Shown in pieces: positions 10,135 through 19,473 of a stretch of DNA of 64,000 nt (position 1 is its first letter; the number at the start of each line of letters is the position of its first letter). The position numbers and the translations under genes were made by a program. Source of the DNA: Alphaproteobacteria bacterium (lineage in GTDB: Bacteria > Pseudomonadota > Alphaproteobacteria > SP197). The stretch lies in NCBI GenBank assembly GCA_965228895.1, contig OZ245842.1, positions 4,672,001-4,736,000 of the forward strand. Reading direction: 5' to 3'. The notes below the pieces were generated by a model, which was given only the letters and a program-made list of their open reading frames with translations, was not told the origin of the DNA and searched no databases.

Positions 10135-12029
10135 CGGACCGCCGGGATAACGCTCCCGTATCCCGATCCCCGGCGGACGACAGTCCGCACGGTGGCGCCA
10201 TCAACGCGAGCGCGCGTGTTATCAACGTGCAAGACGACCTCGTGACAATCGAGGCCCTGCAACAAGACGACGGCTCCTTCTCCCGGCTGGTCAAGAACGA
10301 GGTCATTTTTATCTGCCCGACCAGGCTCAATGCCGAGGGCGAGCAGGAGCGTCTGGAGGCGGAGATCCTACGGGTTCACGGCCGAACGGCCGACGCCCAG
10401 GTCTACGAGAGCACGGATGGCGTCGGCGCCGGCGATCCCGTTGAGCAGAGCGGCCTGTTGCTTTCCGTCACACTGGCGCCGGGCCTTCTGGGCCAGGTCT
10501 ATGACGGTCTTCAAAACCCGCTGAAGAACCTTGCCGATCAGCACGGCGTTTTTCTACCGCGCGGCGTTCAGCTTGCCGCCGTCGATCAGGAGAAGAAATG
10601 GCCCTTCTCACCGGTCGCGCGCCCGGGTGACAAAGTAAGGGCCGGCGATGTCTTGGGGACCGTGCCCGAAGGCCGCTACGTCCACAAGATCATGGTCCCC
10701 TTCGACTGGCCGGGCGTTTACGACGTGAGCTGGATCCAGGAGGAGAACGTCAACGTGAACCAGACGGTCGTGCGTCTGCGCGATGATGCCGGTCACGAAC
10801 GGGACGTGTCGCTCAGCCAGCGCTGGCCGGTGCGCCGATCCATCGATTCCTCGCTGGTACGCCAGGGCGCATCACACCGTCTGTTTCCCGATGAACCCTT
10901 GATCACGACGCAACGGCTGATCGATACGTTTTTTCCCATCGCGCGCGGCGGCACCGCATGCATTCCCGGGCCGTTCGGCGCCGGCAAGACCGTGCTGCAG
11001 AACCTGATTTCGCGCTACTCAGCGGTCGACATCGTGATCGTCGTCGCCTGCGGTGAACGGGCCGGCGAGGTGGTGGAGACGATCACCGAATTCCCGCGGC
11101 TGAACGACCCCCAGACCGGCGGTGCGCTGATGGACCGCACCGTCATCATCTGCAACACGTCGTCCATGCCGGTCGCCGCGCGCGAGGCGTCGATCTATAC
11201 CGGGCTGACGCTGGGCGAGTACTACCGGCAGATGGGCTACGACGTGTTGCTGATCGCCGATTCAACATCGCGCTGGGCGCAGGCAATGCGCGAGACGTCC
11301 GGGCGTCTGGAAGAGATCCCGGGCGAAGAGGCCTTTCCGGCTTATCTCGATTCGTCGATCAAGTCGGTCTACGAGCGTGCCGGTGTCATGCAGACGAACG
11401 ACGGATCGGTCGGCAGCCTGACCATGATCGGCACGGTGTCGCCGGCCGGCGGCAATTTCGACGAACCGGTAACCCAGTCAACCCTTGCGACGGTCAAGGC
11501 CTTCTTAGGCCTGTCGGCCGAGCGTGCCTATAAACGGTTCTATCCCGCCGTTGACCCCCTGCTCTCCTGGTCGCGCTATCTCGACCAGATGGCGGACTGG
11601 TATCACGACAACCTGGGCACCGAGTGGATCGCGTCGGTCAAGGACATGCAGGCCCTGCTTCATACCGGCGATTCGATCCTTCAGATGATGCAGGTCACAG
11701 GCGAGGAAGGCATCACGTTGGAGGACTTTGTCACCTACGAGAAGGCGTTGTTTGTCGACATGGTCTATCTGCAGCAGGATGCGTTCGACGACGTCGACGC
11801 ATCGGCTTCCCTTGACCGGCAGAAAACCACATTCGCCAAGATCCGCGAAATTGTGAAGCAGGACTACGCCTTCACGGACAAGCATGACGTGCGCGACCAC
11901 TTCACGCGGCTGACGGGGCTGTTCAAGAACTTCAACTACGCCAGCAGCGATTCGCCCGACTACGACTCACTGCTCAAGCAGATCGATGCGTTGACCGCGG
12001 CAAAGCGTGCCGTTGCATCGACCGGTTGA
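10131..12029 (+). CDS. ntpA: V/A-type ATP synthase subunit A
   Basis: Walker [50 protein letters not shown]. Confidence 0.96.
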   Translation: MTDRRDNAPVSRSPADDSPHGGAINASARVINVQDDLVTIEALQQDDGSFSRLVKNEVIFICPTRLNAEGEQERLEAEILRVHGRTADAQVYESTDGVGAGDPVEQSGLLLSVTLAPGLLGQVYDGLQNPLKNLADQHGVFLPRGVQLAAVDQEKKWPFSPVARPGDKVRAGDVLGTVPEGRYVHKIMVPFDWPGVYDVSWIQEENVNVNQTVVRLRDDAGHERDVSLSQRWPVRRSIDSSLVRQGASHRLFPDEPLITTQRLIDTFFPIARGGTACIPGPFGAGKTVLQNLISRYSAVDIVIVVACGERAGEVVETITEFPRLNDPQTGGALMDRTVIICNTSSMPVAAREASIYTGLTLGEYYRQMGYDVLLIADSTSRWAQAMRETSGRLEEIPGEEAFPAYLDSSIKSVYERAGVMQTNDGSVGSLTMIGTVSPAGGNFDEPVTQSTLATVKAFLGLSAERAYKRFYPAVDPLLSWSRYLDQMADWYHDNLGTEWIASVKDMQALLHTGDSILQMMQVTGEEGITLEDFVTYEKALFVDMVYLQQDAFDDVDASASLDRQKTTFAKIREIVKQDYAFTDKHDVRDHFTRLTGLFKNFNYASSDSPDYDSLLKQIDALTAAKRAVASTG

Positions 12030-12052
12030 GGCGATCTGGGGCCAGCTGCCCT

Positions 12053-12230
12053 AACAAAAAAGGGGCCAGCGCTAGAGCGGATCATGGTTGGATGGAACCG
12101 CTTGACGGTCCCATCCAACCATGTGAATCCGCTCTTTATCGATGAGTAGAGCAGATTCACCCGTCTTGATGTCATCGCGAAGCGATTCCATCAAGACAGG
12201 ATCTGCTCTACCGCTGGCCCCTGTTTCGTT
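12053..12230. terminator. Intrinsic terminator between convergent genes, split by a repeat element
   Basis: 11-bp arms AGGGGCCAGCG (12061-12071) and CGCTGGCCCCT (12212-12222) with A-run and T-rich flanks; the 138-bp element sits in the loop. Confidence 0.75.
12073..12210 (+). repeat. TA-flanked double-hairpin element (CIR/MITE-like), copy 1
   Basis: 138 bp, TAGAGC...GCTCTA termini, two internal hairpins, GANTC sites; near-identical to 13780-13917. Confidence 0.9.
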
Positions 12231-12248
12231 GCGGCATCTCAACCGAAC

Positions 12249-13415
12249 TTAGAAACCGGCTTTGATCTCGTCGAACATGTTGATGTACTTCTCGCGCACA
12301 TCCGGTTCGATCTCACCGAAGAATCGGCTGTTGGCCATCATGGTCTCGGGGTCGGTGATGCCGAGATCCTCGAGCGTAGCCGGATCGACCAGGGCGAAGG
12401 TCTCTTTGTTCGAATGGCCGTAGCCGTACATTTCGACCAGGTTCTTGCCGGATTCCGGTGAAATCCAGGCGTCGATGAACTCGTAGGCCTTGGCTTCGTC
12501 GCCGGGACCTTCGACCCCCAGCGTCAGACCGCAGACCCACGTCCAGATGCCCTCCTTCGGGTTCATGTAGACGACGTCGACGCCCTGGTTCTTGAGCTCC
12601 ACCACCGCGCTGTTCCAGGCATAGGAAGCGACCAGTTCACCGGATGCCAGGCCCTGCTCGACACTGGTCTGATCGGTCCAATAATAGCGCAGGATCTCAC
12701 GCTGTTTCTTCAGCAGCACCTGTGCCTCGGCCAGCTCCTCTTCCGTCATGTCGAAAACGTTCTCGGCGCCGATGACCGAACCGACCACCGCCATAACGCC
12801 GTCGACGGAGTCGAAGATCCCGAGACGCCCGGCATACTTCTCGTCGAACAGGATGGCCCAGGACTCGTTCTTTTGGTCTGGCGTATCGACATACTCGGGC
12901 GCCAGATCGGGCCGGAACAGCACCGAGGAATTGCCCCAGTCGGCGGGGATGAAGTAGGTTTTGCCATCCTCGCCGATGCTGCCCGGCAGATCCTTCAAAC
13001 TTGGGAACACGTTGCCGAAGTTCGACAGCCGGCTGGTATCGATCGGCCGGATGACTCCGGCATCGCGCCAGCGTCGGGTGCTGTAGGTGCAGGGGTGTGC
13101 AACATCCGGATAGAATCCGGCACGCAGTTTCTGCAACGCTTCTTCTTCTTCGCCGAACAGCGTGTAAGCGGGGGTTGCACCATACTTTTCGACGAAGGGC
13201 ACGTAGAACTCCGGCAGCTCGTAACCACCCCAATCGAACACGTGCAGGGACTCGTCGATCGGCAACGAGTCCTGGGCGCGTACGCCACCCGGCCCAAATG
13301 TCATCGTCATCATGCCGACGCCGGCGGCGGCCAGCGCGCCGGTCGCCTGTCGCCGCGTCAGATCGCAGTTGTCGATGCGCGACCGAAACTCTTGAATGTC
13401 CATGGACTTCACCAC
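12249..13415 (-). CDS. Polyamine (PotD/PotF-like) ABC transporter substrate-binding protein with Tat signal
   Basis: LTRRQ twin-arginine signal, FDWGGY, SWAILFDEKYAGR, PKEGIWTW. Confidence 0.85.
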   Translation of the reverse strand: MVKSMDIQEFRSRIDNCDLTRRQATGALAAAGVGMMTMTFGPGGVRAQDSLPIDESLHVFDWGGYELPEFYVPFVEKYGATPAYTLFGEEEEALQKLRAGFYPDVAHPCTYSTRRWRDAGVIRPIDTSRLSNFGNVFPSLKDLPGSIGEDGKTYFIPADWGNSSVLFRPDLAPEYVDTPDQKNESWAILFDEKYAGRLGIFDSVDGVMAVVGSVIGAENVFDMTEEELAEAQVLLKKQREILRYYWTDQTSVEQGLASGELVASYAWNSAVVELKNQGVDVVYMNPKEGIWTWVCGLTLGVEGPGDEAKAYEFIDAWISPESGKNLVEMYGYGHSNKETFALVDPATLEDLGITDPETMMANSRFFGEIEPDVREKYINMFDEIKAGF

Positions 13416-13594
13416 GATACCGTCCTCCCTCTAGGTTCGCCATTCAGCCTAGACCAGACAGCCAAGTTGAATCCACGCACTGGCCCTGCACGTTTGACGT
13501 TAAGATTTGTCACCATAAAGGAGGTTCGGGATGAGGAGGGGTCGGCAGAAACCGACGTGGAGGCCGCCGCGCCCACATCGCGCTGTAAAGAAAA

Positions 13595-13681
13595 TGGTGC
13601 CCCCAGGGAGACTCGAACTCCCACGTCCTTGCGGACAACAGATTTTGAGTCTGCCGCGTCTACCAATTCCGCCACAGGGGC
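13595..13681 (-). tRNA. tRNA-Leu (anticodon CAA), CCA encoded
   Basis: Minus strand GCCCCTGTGGCGGAATTGGTAGACGC...GCAGA-CT-CAA-AA-TCTGT, long variable arm, GTTCGAGTC, ends GGGGGCACCA. Confidence 0.97.
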
Positions 13682-13779
13682 CCCGAAATCAGGGCGGCGA
13701 GCATACGCGCGCGCTGGCCGCGGTCAAGAGCCGTGGAGAGGTCTATCAGATAGTCTTGGACGGGTGGCGCAAGGGGTCC

Positions 13780-13917
13780 TAGAGCGGATCATGGTTAGAT
13801 GGGACCGCTTGACGGTTCCATCTAACCATGTGAATCCGCTCTTTATCTATGAGTAGAGCAGATTCACCTGTCTTGATGTCATCGCGAAGCGATTCCATCA
13901 AAACAGGATCTGCTCTA
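13780..13917 (+). repeat. TA-flanked double-hairpin element, copy 2
   Basis: 138 bp, CTAG at both ends, few differences from copy 1. Confidence 0.9.
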
Positions 13918-13945
13918 GCCTCCCCTCGCAAAGGGGAGGAACAAC

Positions 13946-14809
13946 ATGTCAGACATTTCCGTTATAGGGCTTGGCAAGATGGGGGCGGCACTCGCCGCCA
14001 CGCTGTTGGAAAGCGGCCGGTCGGTGACCGTTTGGAACCGCTCACCGGATAAGGCCGCCGCTCTCGTCGAGGCCGGCGCATCGCTTGCCTCGTCACCGGA
14101 AGACGCGATCGCGGCGAGCGACGCGACCATTGTCTGTATCAAGACCCACAAGACGACAACCGACCTGCTGAAACCTCTCTCCGGTCATCTGAATGGCAAG
14201 ACGATCCTGGATCTGTCGACCGGCGGCGCGGAAGAAGCCATTGAACTGGTCGACACGCTGACGGCCGCAGGCGCCACATGGCATATCGGCATGATCAACG
14301 CCTATCCCTCCGGCATCGGCAAGGAAGAGACGGCCATTCTGTGCGCCGGCCCGCCTGAGGTGTGGGACCGCTGGGGCGATGCCATCCGCGTGCTCGGCGG
14401 CGCGTCTGCTCATGTCGGCACAGAGGCAGCCGCGGTGCCCGGCCTCTTCGCCGCTATGTTCACCGCGCGCCAGGGGTTCATGTTCGGGCTTATTTACGGC
14501 GGCGCGGTCTGCCGCAAGGCCGGCCTGCCGATGGAGGCGTTTGCCGCGCAGGTGCCGGTGACCCTTGGCATGGCCGGGAACTATGCCGACCTCTTCATGC
14601 GTACCGCACCCACCCGCGACTACGACGATCCCGGCGCGACGGTCGCGGTCTACCTCGCCGCGCTCAATGACGTCCTCGCAACGTTCGAAGGGACCGGCAC
14701 GACCGACGCCTTTCCACGCCTGATGCGCGATCTCGCCCAGCGCGGTGTCGACGAAGGTTATGAAGCCAAGGAACTGACCGCCCTGGTCGAGATGCTGGCG
14801 AACGACTAG
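13946..14809 (+). CDS. NADPH-dependent imine reductase-like oxidoreductase (beta-hydroxyacid dehydrogenase fold)
   Basis: GLGKMG-x5-T-x4-G-x4-VWNRS-x2-K matches the IRED cofactor motif. Confidence 0.8.
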   Translation: MSDISVIGLGKMGAALAATLLESGRSVTVWNRSPDKAAALVEAGASLASSPEDAIAASDATIVCIKTHKTTTDLLKPLSGHLNGKTILDLSTGGAEEAIELVDTLTAAGATWHIGMINAYPSGIGKEETAILCAGPPEVWDRWGDAIRVLGGASAHVGTEAAAVPGLFAAMFTARQGFMFGLIYGGAVCRKAGLPMEAFAAQVPVTLGMAGNYADLFMRTAPTRDYDDPGATVAVYLAALNDVLATFEGTGTTDAFPRLMRDLAQRGVDEGYEAKELTALVEMLAND

Positions 14810-14813
14810 CGGC

Positions 14814-15605
14814 TTACCAGCTATTTCTGAGCTCACGCAGCTTCAGAAACACGGTCTTCGCGTCCGGCTCGTCGGGCAGGTCCGGGAACGCCTCGCGCAG
14901 GCGGGCGATGACGCTCGGACTGTGCAGGCGGAAGAAGGTGTTGACCTCCTTTTCCATCGCCATGGTCGAGACCAGGGCCGCGTCGGGGTCCTGATCGGCG
15001 ACACCCTTCAGGACCTCGGCGGCACGCGCGTTGTCGGGCTCGCGGTCCAGCGTGAACTCCAGATTGTTCGCGATGTAGTCGTGGCCGGGATAGATCAGCG
15101 TTGAATCCGGCAGCTTGGCCAGCTGGCCCGCGAACGTATCGTAGAGCTCCTCGGGATGGCCGCCATGGTGGCAGTTGCCGGCGCCGGCGTTGAACAACGT
15201 GTCGCCGCAGAACAGCGCCGGCTGGTCGGTGCGCGACAACAGGCACACATGGCTCATGGTGTGGCCCGGCGTATCCAGCGCCTCGAGCTCGACGGTCTTG
15301 CCGATCTTGACGACGTCGCCGGCGTTCAAGCCCACGTCGATACCGTCGATGCGGCCTTTGGCGTTGGCGTGCGCCAGGAGCTTGGCGCCGGTCGCCGCGA
15401 TCATCGCCTTGTTGCCGCCGGTGTGGTCTTCGTGCTCGTGGGTATTGAGGATCTGGGTGATCGTCCAGCCTTTGTCCTTGGCGCGCGCCAGACACTTCTT
15501 GTGGTCCAGCGGATCGACCGCCAGCGCCTCGCCGGTCTCCGGGCAGGCGATCAGGTAGTTGAAGTTGCGATAGGCATTGCCTGTCCAGACCTGGTCAACA
15601 ATCAC
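14814..15605 (-). CDS. gloB: Hydroxyacylglutathione hydrolase (glyoxalase II)
   Basis: THEHEDH metallo-beta-lactamase motif, TPGHT, GDTLF, YPGHDY. Confidence 0.88.
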   Translation of the reverse strand: MIVDQVWTGNAYRNFNYLIACPETGEALAVDPLDHKKCLARAKDKGWTITQILNTHEHEDHTGGNKAMIAATGAKLLAHANAKGRIDGIDVGLNAGDVVKIGKTVELEALDTPGHTMSHVCLLSRTDQPALFCGDTLFNAGAGNCHHGGHPEELYDTFAGQLAKLPDSTLIYPGHDYIANNLEFTLDREPDNARAAEVLKGVADQDPDAALVSTMAMEKEVNTFFRLHSPSVIARLREAFPDLPDEPDAKTVFLKLRELRNSW

Positions 15606-15654
15606 GGCTCATGTCCTCATGTTGGGGTTCGAACCAGCTTAGCACCGCATGCCC

Positions 15655-17250
15655 TCAGGACGCCAAACCGGGCAACGCGGCCGTCATCGCGGCGATCACG
15701 GAATCGGCGCTATCGGTGCCGTCGGCACGGCAACCGATCCGGCCGTCGGGTCGGATCCAAAAGACGGCGCGGTCGATGACGCCGAGCCTGTTGTGCATGT
15801 CGAGATCGCTGTCGAGATAGAGAACGCTCTCGCCGGCATCGAGCGCGCGCCTGGCTGCTGCCGTCTCGGTATCGTGGGCGACGACGATGACATCGACATC
15901 GCCGGCGTTCTGCTCGGCGAAAGCCAGTGCCGAGGCGGCCAGACGATCGGCTTCCGGTCCGCCGTCGCACGCGTTGACCAGGAGCGTATGGCCGGGTGTC
16001 GCGAGCAAGGATGTCAGGTAACAGGCATTCCCGTTTATGTGGCGCAGCCGCAAGTCCGCGTGGATGAAGTCGCCGGGCCCGGGCCCGATACCCGGCCGCT
16101 CGCCACTGGCGACAATACTGGAATCATAGGCACCCATGATCTGGCTGTAACCGTTGGCGCCGTCACGTATGGCGGCGGCCGTGGCAACGGCAAACTCCCG
16201 GATGGCGCGGGAGCGTTCTACCGGATCCTCGATGATCCAGCGGCAGTCGTTCTTATGACCGGTCTCGCACGTCGCCTCGGCGACCGGCCGGCGTTCGGAT
16301 TCGTATGTATCGAGGAGGCCGGTTTCCGCGTGGCCCTTAGCCACGGCCGCCAACTTCCAACCCAGGTTGATGGCGTCTTGCAGCCCTGTGTTGAGACCGG
16401 CCGCGCTGGCCGGTGACATCGAATGGGTGGCGTCGCCCGCCAGAATGACGCGACCCTTGCGATAGGTCGACGCCAGGCGCGCGGCGCAATGAAAGGCGTT
16501 GTCGGAGATCGCTGGACCAAGCACGGCATCGGGAATGCGTTCACGCAGATAATCGCGGGCAAAACTCCAGGAGTCGGCCAAGGGTTCACGGGTGATCGTG
16601 TAAATCCGGTAAGCCTTTTTGGTTCTGTAGACCGCCATCAACACGGGATCGAGGAAGTTGACACCATAGGTCTCGCCGAACGACCAACCATCGATCTGGG
16701 CGTCCAGCACGTGCCAGTGAAGGCTTATGTCGTAGCCGTCAAACGTGACGCCGACCGCCTCGCGCGTTGTGCTGTGGACGCCGTCGGCTCCGACCAGCCA
16801 CGCTGCCTCAGCGGTCTGATCATGGCCGGCCCGGTCACGCAAGGTCGCGGTAATGCCCTTCCCGTCCTGCGCGACATCGCTCAACGCCAAACCCCGCTCG
16901 ACAACGACACCCAGCGCTTCCAGGCGCGTCGTCAGGATCGGTATCAGCACGTCCTCGCCCAGATTGATGCTCCACGGCCACCGCTGCTCCGGCGAGCGCG
17001 CCGAGAGCACCGTGCGGCCTTCGAACGAAAACACCACCGCCTCCGACGGCACGCTCTCGGCGATGACGTCATCGAGCACGCCCATCTGTTCGGCGGCATA
17101 AAGGGTCGATGGCTTGACGACGAGGGCGCGCGGACCGGTCGGCACCATGGCGTCACGTTCGATGACACGGATGTCGACGCCGCGTTTGGCCAGTTCGATG
17201 GCCAGCGCAAGACCGGTCGGACCGGCGCCGCAAATCAACACATCGGTCAT
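15655..17250 (-). CDS. FAD-dependent aromatic monooxygenase (PheA/TfdB-like)
   Basis: GAGPTG, GADG, GRVILAGDA.H, GLNTGLQDA.NLGWKLA, IRPDG. Confidence 0.88.
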   Translation of the reverse strand: MTDVLICGAGPTGLALAIELAKRGVDIRVIERDAMVPTGPRALVVKPSTLYAAEQMGVLDDVIAESVPSEAVVFSFEGRTVLSARSPEQRWPWSINLGEDVLIPILTTRLEALGVVVERGLALSDVAQDGKGITATLRDRAGHDQTAEAAWLVGADGVHSTTREAVGVTFDGYDISLHWHVLDAQIDGWSFGETYGVNFLDPVLMAVYRTKKAYRIYTITREPLADSWSFARDYLRERIPDAVLGPAISDNAFHCAARLASTYRKGRVILAGDATHSMSPASAAGLNTGLQDAINLGWKLAAVAKGHAETGLLDTYESERRPVAEATCETGHKNDCRWIIEDPVERSRAIREFAVATAAAIRDGANGYSQIMGAYDSSIVASGERPGIGPGPGDFIHADLRLRHINGNACYLTSLLATPGHTLLVNACDGGPEADRLAASALAFAEQNAGDVDVIVVAHDTETAAARRALDAGESVLYLDSDLDMHNRLGVIDRAVFWIRPDGRIGCRADGTDSADSVIAAMTAALPGLAS

Positions 17251-17337
17251 GACATAGAGCACCCCTTCGCGCACCGGCGATCCCGGCATGAACCTCCTAT
17301 GCTATCACTGGTGGACCATGCAAGGGGGAGGCGTCAC

Positions 17338-18258
17338 ATGGATCATGATGATGAACGCGACTTCGTCGGTTATGGCCGCAACCCGCCGGATGCCGACTGG
17401 CCCGGCGGCGCGCGGCTCGCGATCAACTTCGTCATCAACTACGAGGAAGGGTCGGAGTACTCGCTGAGCCGGGGCGACGGCGATGACGAGGTCACGCTGA
17501 CCGAGGCCCACGCCCCTATCGTAGCGGCGGGCACGCCGGATCTCGCCGCGCGCAGCATGTTCGAATACGGCAGCCGTGTCGGCTTCTGGCGCCTCTATCG
17601 CCTGTTTGTCGAGCGCGGTCTCACACCGACCATCTTCGGCTGCGCCATGGCGCTGGAAAAAAATTCCGAAGCCGCGGCGGCGATCCGCGAAGCCGGTTTC
17701 GATGTGTGCTGCCACGGCTGGCGCTGGATCGAACACTTTCGCCTGAGCGAAGCCGAAGAACGTGACCACATCCATCGCGCCATTCAATCCCTGGAAACGA
17801 CCGTCGGCGCGCGGCCGCTGGGCTGGTACTGCCGCTACGGTCCCGGCGTCAACACCCGCCGCCTGTTGGTCGAGGAAGGCGGCTTCCTCTATGACTCCGA
17901 CGCCTACAATGACGAGTGGCCCTATTGGACGTCGGTCGATGGCGCACCGCACCTGGTGGTGCCCTATTCCCTGACCAACAACGACGGCCAGTTCGCCCGG
18001 GGCGGTTTCGCCACCGGTGACGATTTCTTCCATTTCTGCCGCGACGCCTTTGACATGCTCTACGGCGAAGGCGCGTCGGCCCCGCGCATGATGTCGGTCG
18101 GCCTGCACTGCCGGCTGATCGGCCATCCCGCGCGCGCAGCCGGTCTCGCCCGTTTTCTCGATTACGTTACAGGTTTCGACGACGTCTGGATCGCAAGGCG
18201 TCTGGATATCGCGCAGCACTGGCGCGAACGCCACCCGCCGCCGTCAGGCCGTGTCTGA
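17338..18258 (+). CDS. puuE: Allantoinase PuuE / polysaccharide deacetylase family
   Basis: RDFVGYG, NYEEG, EYGSRVGFWRL, HGWRW, MMSVGLH.RLIG.P.R. Confidence 0.8.
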   Translation: MDHDDERDFVGYGRNPPDADWPGGARLAINFVINYEEGSEYSLSRGDGDDEVTLTEAHAPIVAAGTPDLAARSMFEYGSRVGFWRLYRLFVERGLTPTIFGCAMALEKNSEAAAAIREAGFDVCCHGWRWIEHFRLSEAEERDHIHRAIQSLETTVGARPLGWYCRYGPGVNTRRLLVEEGGFLYDSDAYNDEWPYWTSVDGAPHLVVPYSLTNNDGQFARGGFATGDDFFHFCRDAFDMLYGEGASAPRMMSVGLHCRLIGHPARAAGLARFLDYVTGFDDVWIARRLDIAQHWRERHPPPSGRV

Positions 18259-18420
18259 CTATCGCGCCAGACCCAGCCATGCCTTGACCACGCGCGGCAG
18301 CGATCGCCGTTCCGGTGCGACCGGTGCTGGTTCCAGCCGCCAGTCCGTGGGCTGGCGGCCATACCGGAAGGCGGCCGTACGCGTGGCCTCAAAGACCGAG
18401 TCGGCAAGTATGTGAAACAT
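18259..18420 (-). CDS. 53-aa small protein divergent from LysR (not in ORF track)
   Basis: GAGGA RBS, then ATG 18420: MFHILADSVFEATRTAAFRYGRQPTDWRLEPAPVAPERRSLPRVVKAWLGLAR*. Confidence 0.6.
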   Translation of the reverse strand: MFHILADSVFEATRTAAFRYGRQPTDWRLEPAPVAPERRSLPRVVKAWLGLAR

Positions 18421-18535
18421 GGCGGTTTCCTCACGTTGAGAGCCCCATCGGGTGTTCCATGAAGATAGGGATCACCCACTAATCGTGGAAACGAATTAGT
18501 TTGATACCAATCATCACGAACTGTTATTAAACTTC

Positions 18536-19399
18536 ATGGCCAGGGATCTGGAAATCAACCTGTTGCGCGCGCTTGTCGCCGTCGCCGGCAACGAGAGCTT
18601 TACGCAGGCAGCCGCCTTTCTGGGCCGCACCCAGTCAGCCGTCAGCATGCAGATTAAACGCCTGGAGGAGATCGTCGGGCTGCGCCTGTTCGAGCGGACC
18701 AAGAAGTCGGTGAAGATTACCGCGGAGGGCGAGACGCTTCTGGTCTATGCCCACCGCATGCTGCGCATGAACGATGAGGCGCTGTCGCGCCTGATCGCGC
18801 CGGACGCGGACGGGCTGGTGCGCCTGGGCGCGCCCGACGACTATGCGACCTGTCTGCTGCCGGCAGTGCTGGCGTCATTCTCCAAGGCGCATCCGTTGGT
18901 GCGTCTGGAAGTCATCTGCGACAACGGCGTCGATCTTCTGAAGCTGTTGGACGACGGCAAGCTGGACCTGGTCCTGGCGACACACCCGGTCACCGGCATC
19001 GCCGGCCAGGTGATCCGCCGCGAACCCCTGCACTGGGTCGCGTCCCCCGGCTTCTGTCACGACGAAACGGAACCGCTGCCGCTGATCCTGTTTTCGCAGG
19101 GCTGTGTCTGCCGCGAGATCGCGTTGCGCGCCCTCGACAGCATGGATGTGGCATGGCGGATCGCCTATTCGACCCGCAGCATCGCGCTGATCCGAAACGC
19201 CGTCGAAAACCGATCCGGCGTCACGGTTATGGAGGCGTCGACCATACCCGACGACTTCGAGATCCTGGACGGCAAGAACGGCTTTCCCGCCTTGCAGGAT
19301 GTCGTCATATCGCTGCATCGTCGCAGCAGCGACGAGACGCCGGCAACAGCCATGGCCGCCGACCACCTTACGCGCGATCTCAAGTCGGTGAGGGTCTAG
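18536..19399 (+). CDS. LysR family transcriptional regulator (LrhA/HexA-like)
   Basis: HTH SFTQAA..LGRTQSAVSMQIKRLEE; VRLGAPDDYA. Confidence 0.93.
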   Translation: MARDLEINLLRALVAVAGNESFTQAAAFLGRTQSAVSMQIKRLEEIVGLRLFERTKKSVKITAEGETLLVYAHRMLRMNDEALSRLIAPDADGLVRLGAPDDYATCLLPAVLASFSKAHPLVRLEVICDNGVDLLKLLDDGKLDLVLATHPVTGIAGQVIRREPLHWVASPGFCHDETEPLPLILFSQGCVCREIALRALDSMDVAWRIAYSTRSIALIRNAVENRSGVTVMEASTIPDDFEILDGKNGFPALQDVVISLHRRSSDETPATAMAADHLTRDLKSVRV

Positions 19400-19460
19400 A
19401 GCGGATTCACCTGTCTTGATGTCATCGCGAAGCGATTCCATCAAAACAGGATCTGCTCTA
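19397..19460 (+). repeat. Solo half (single hairpin) of the TA-flanked element, copy 3
   Basis: 64 bp TAGAGCGGATTCAC...GGATCTGCTCTA; differs by one base from the right half of copy 2; overlaps the LysR TAG stop. Confidence 0.9.
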
Positions 19461-19473
19461 GGGCGGATTTCCC

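Noticed and set aside
11960-12175. ORFs sharing the peptide VNLLY...SGFTW..GTV (also 60105-60389)
   Set aside because: These are translations of the repeat element, not a protein family
13595-13681. tRNA-Leu as integration site of a genomic island containing the V-ATPase
   Set aside because: No integrase and no duplicated tRNA 3' end seen in the window
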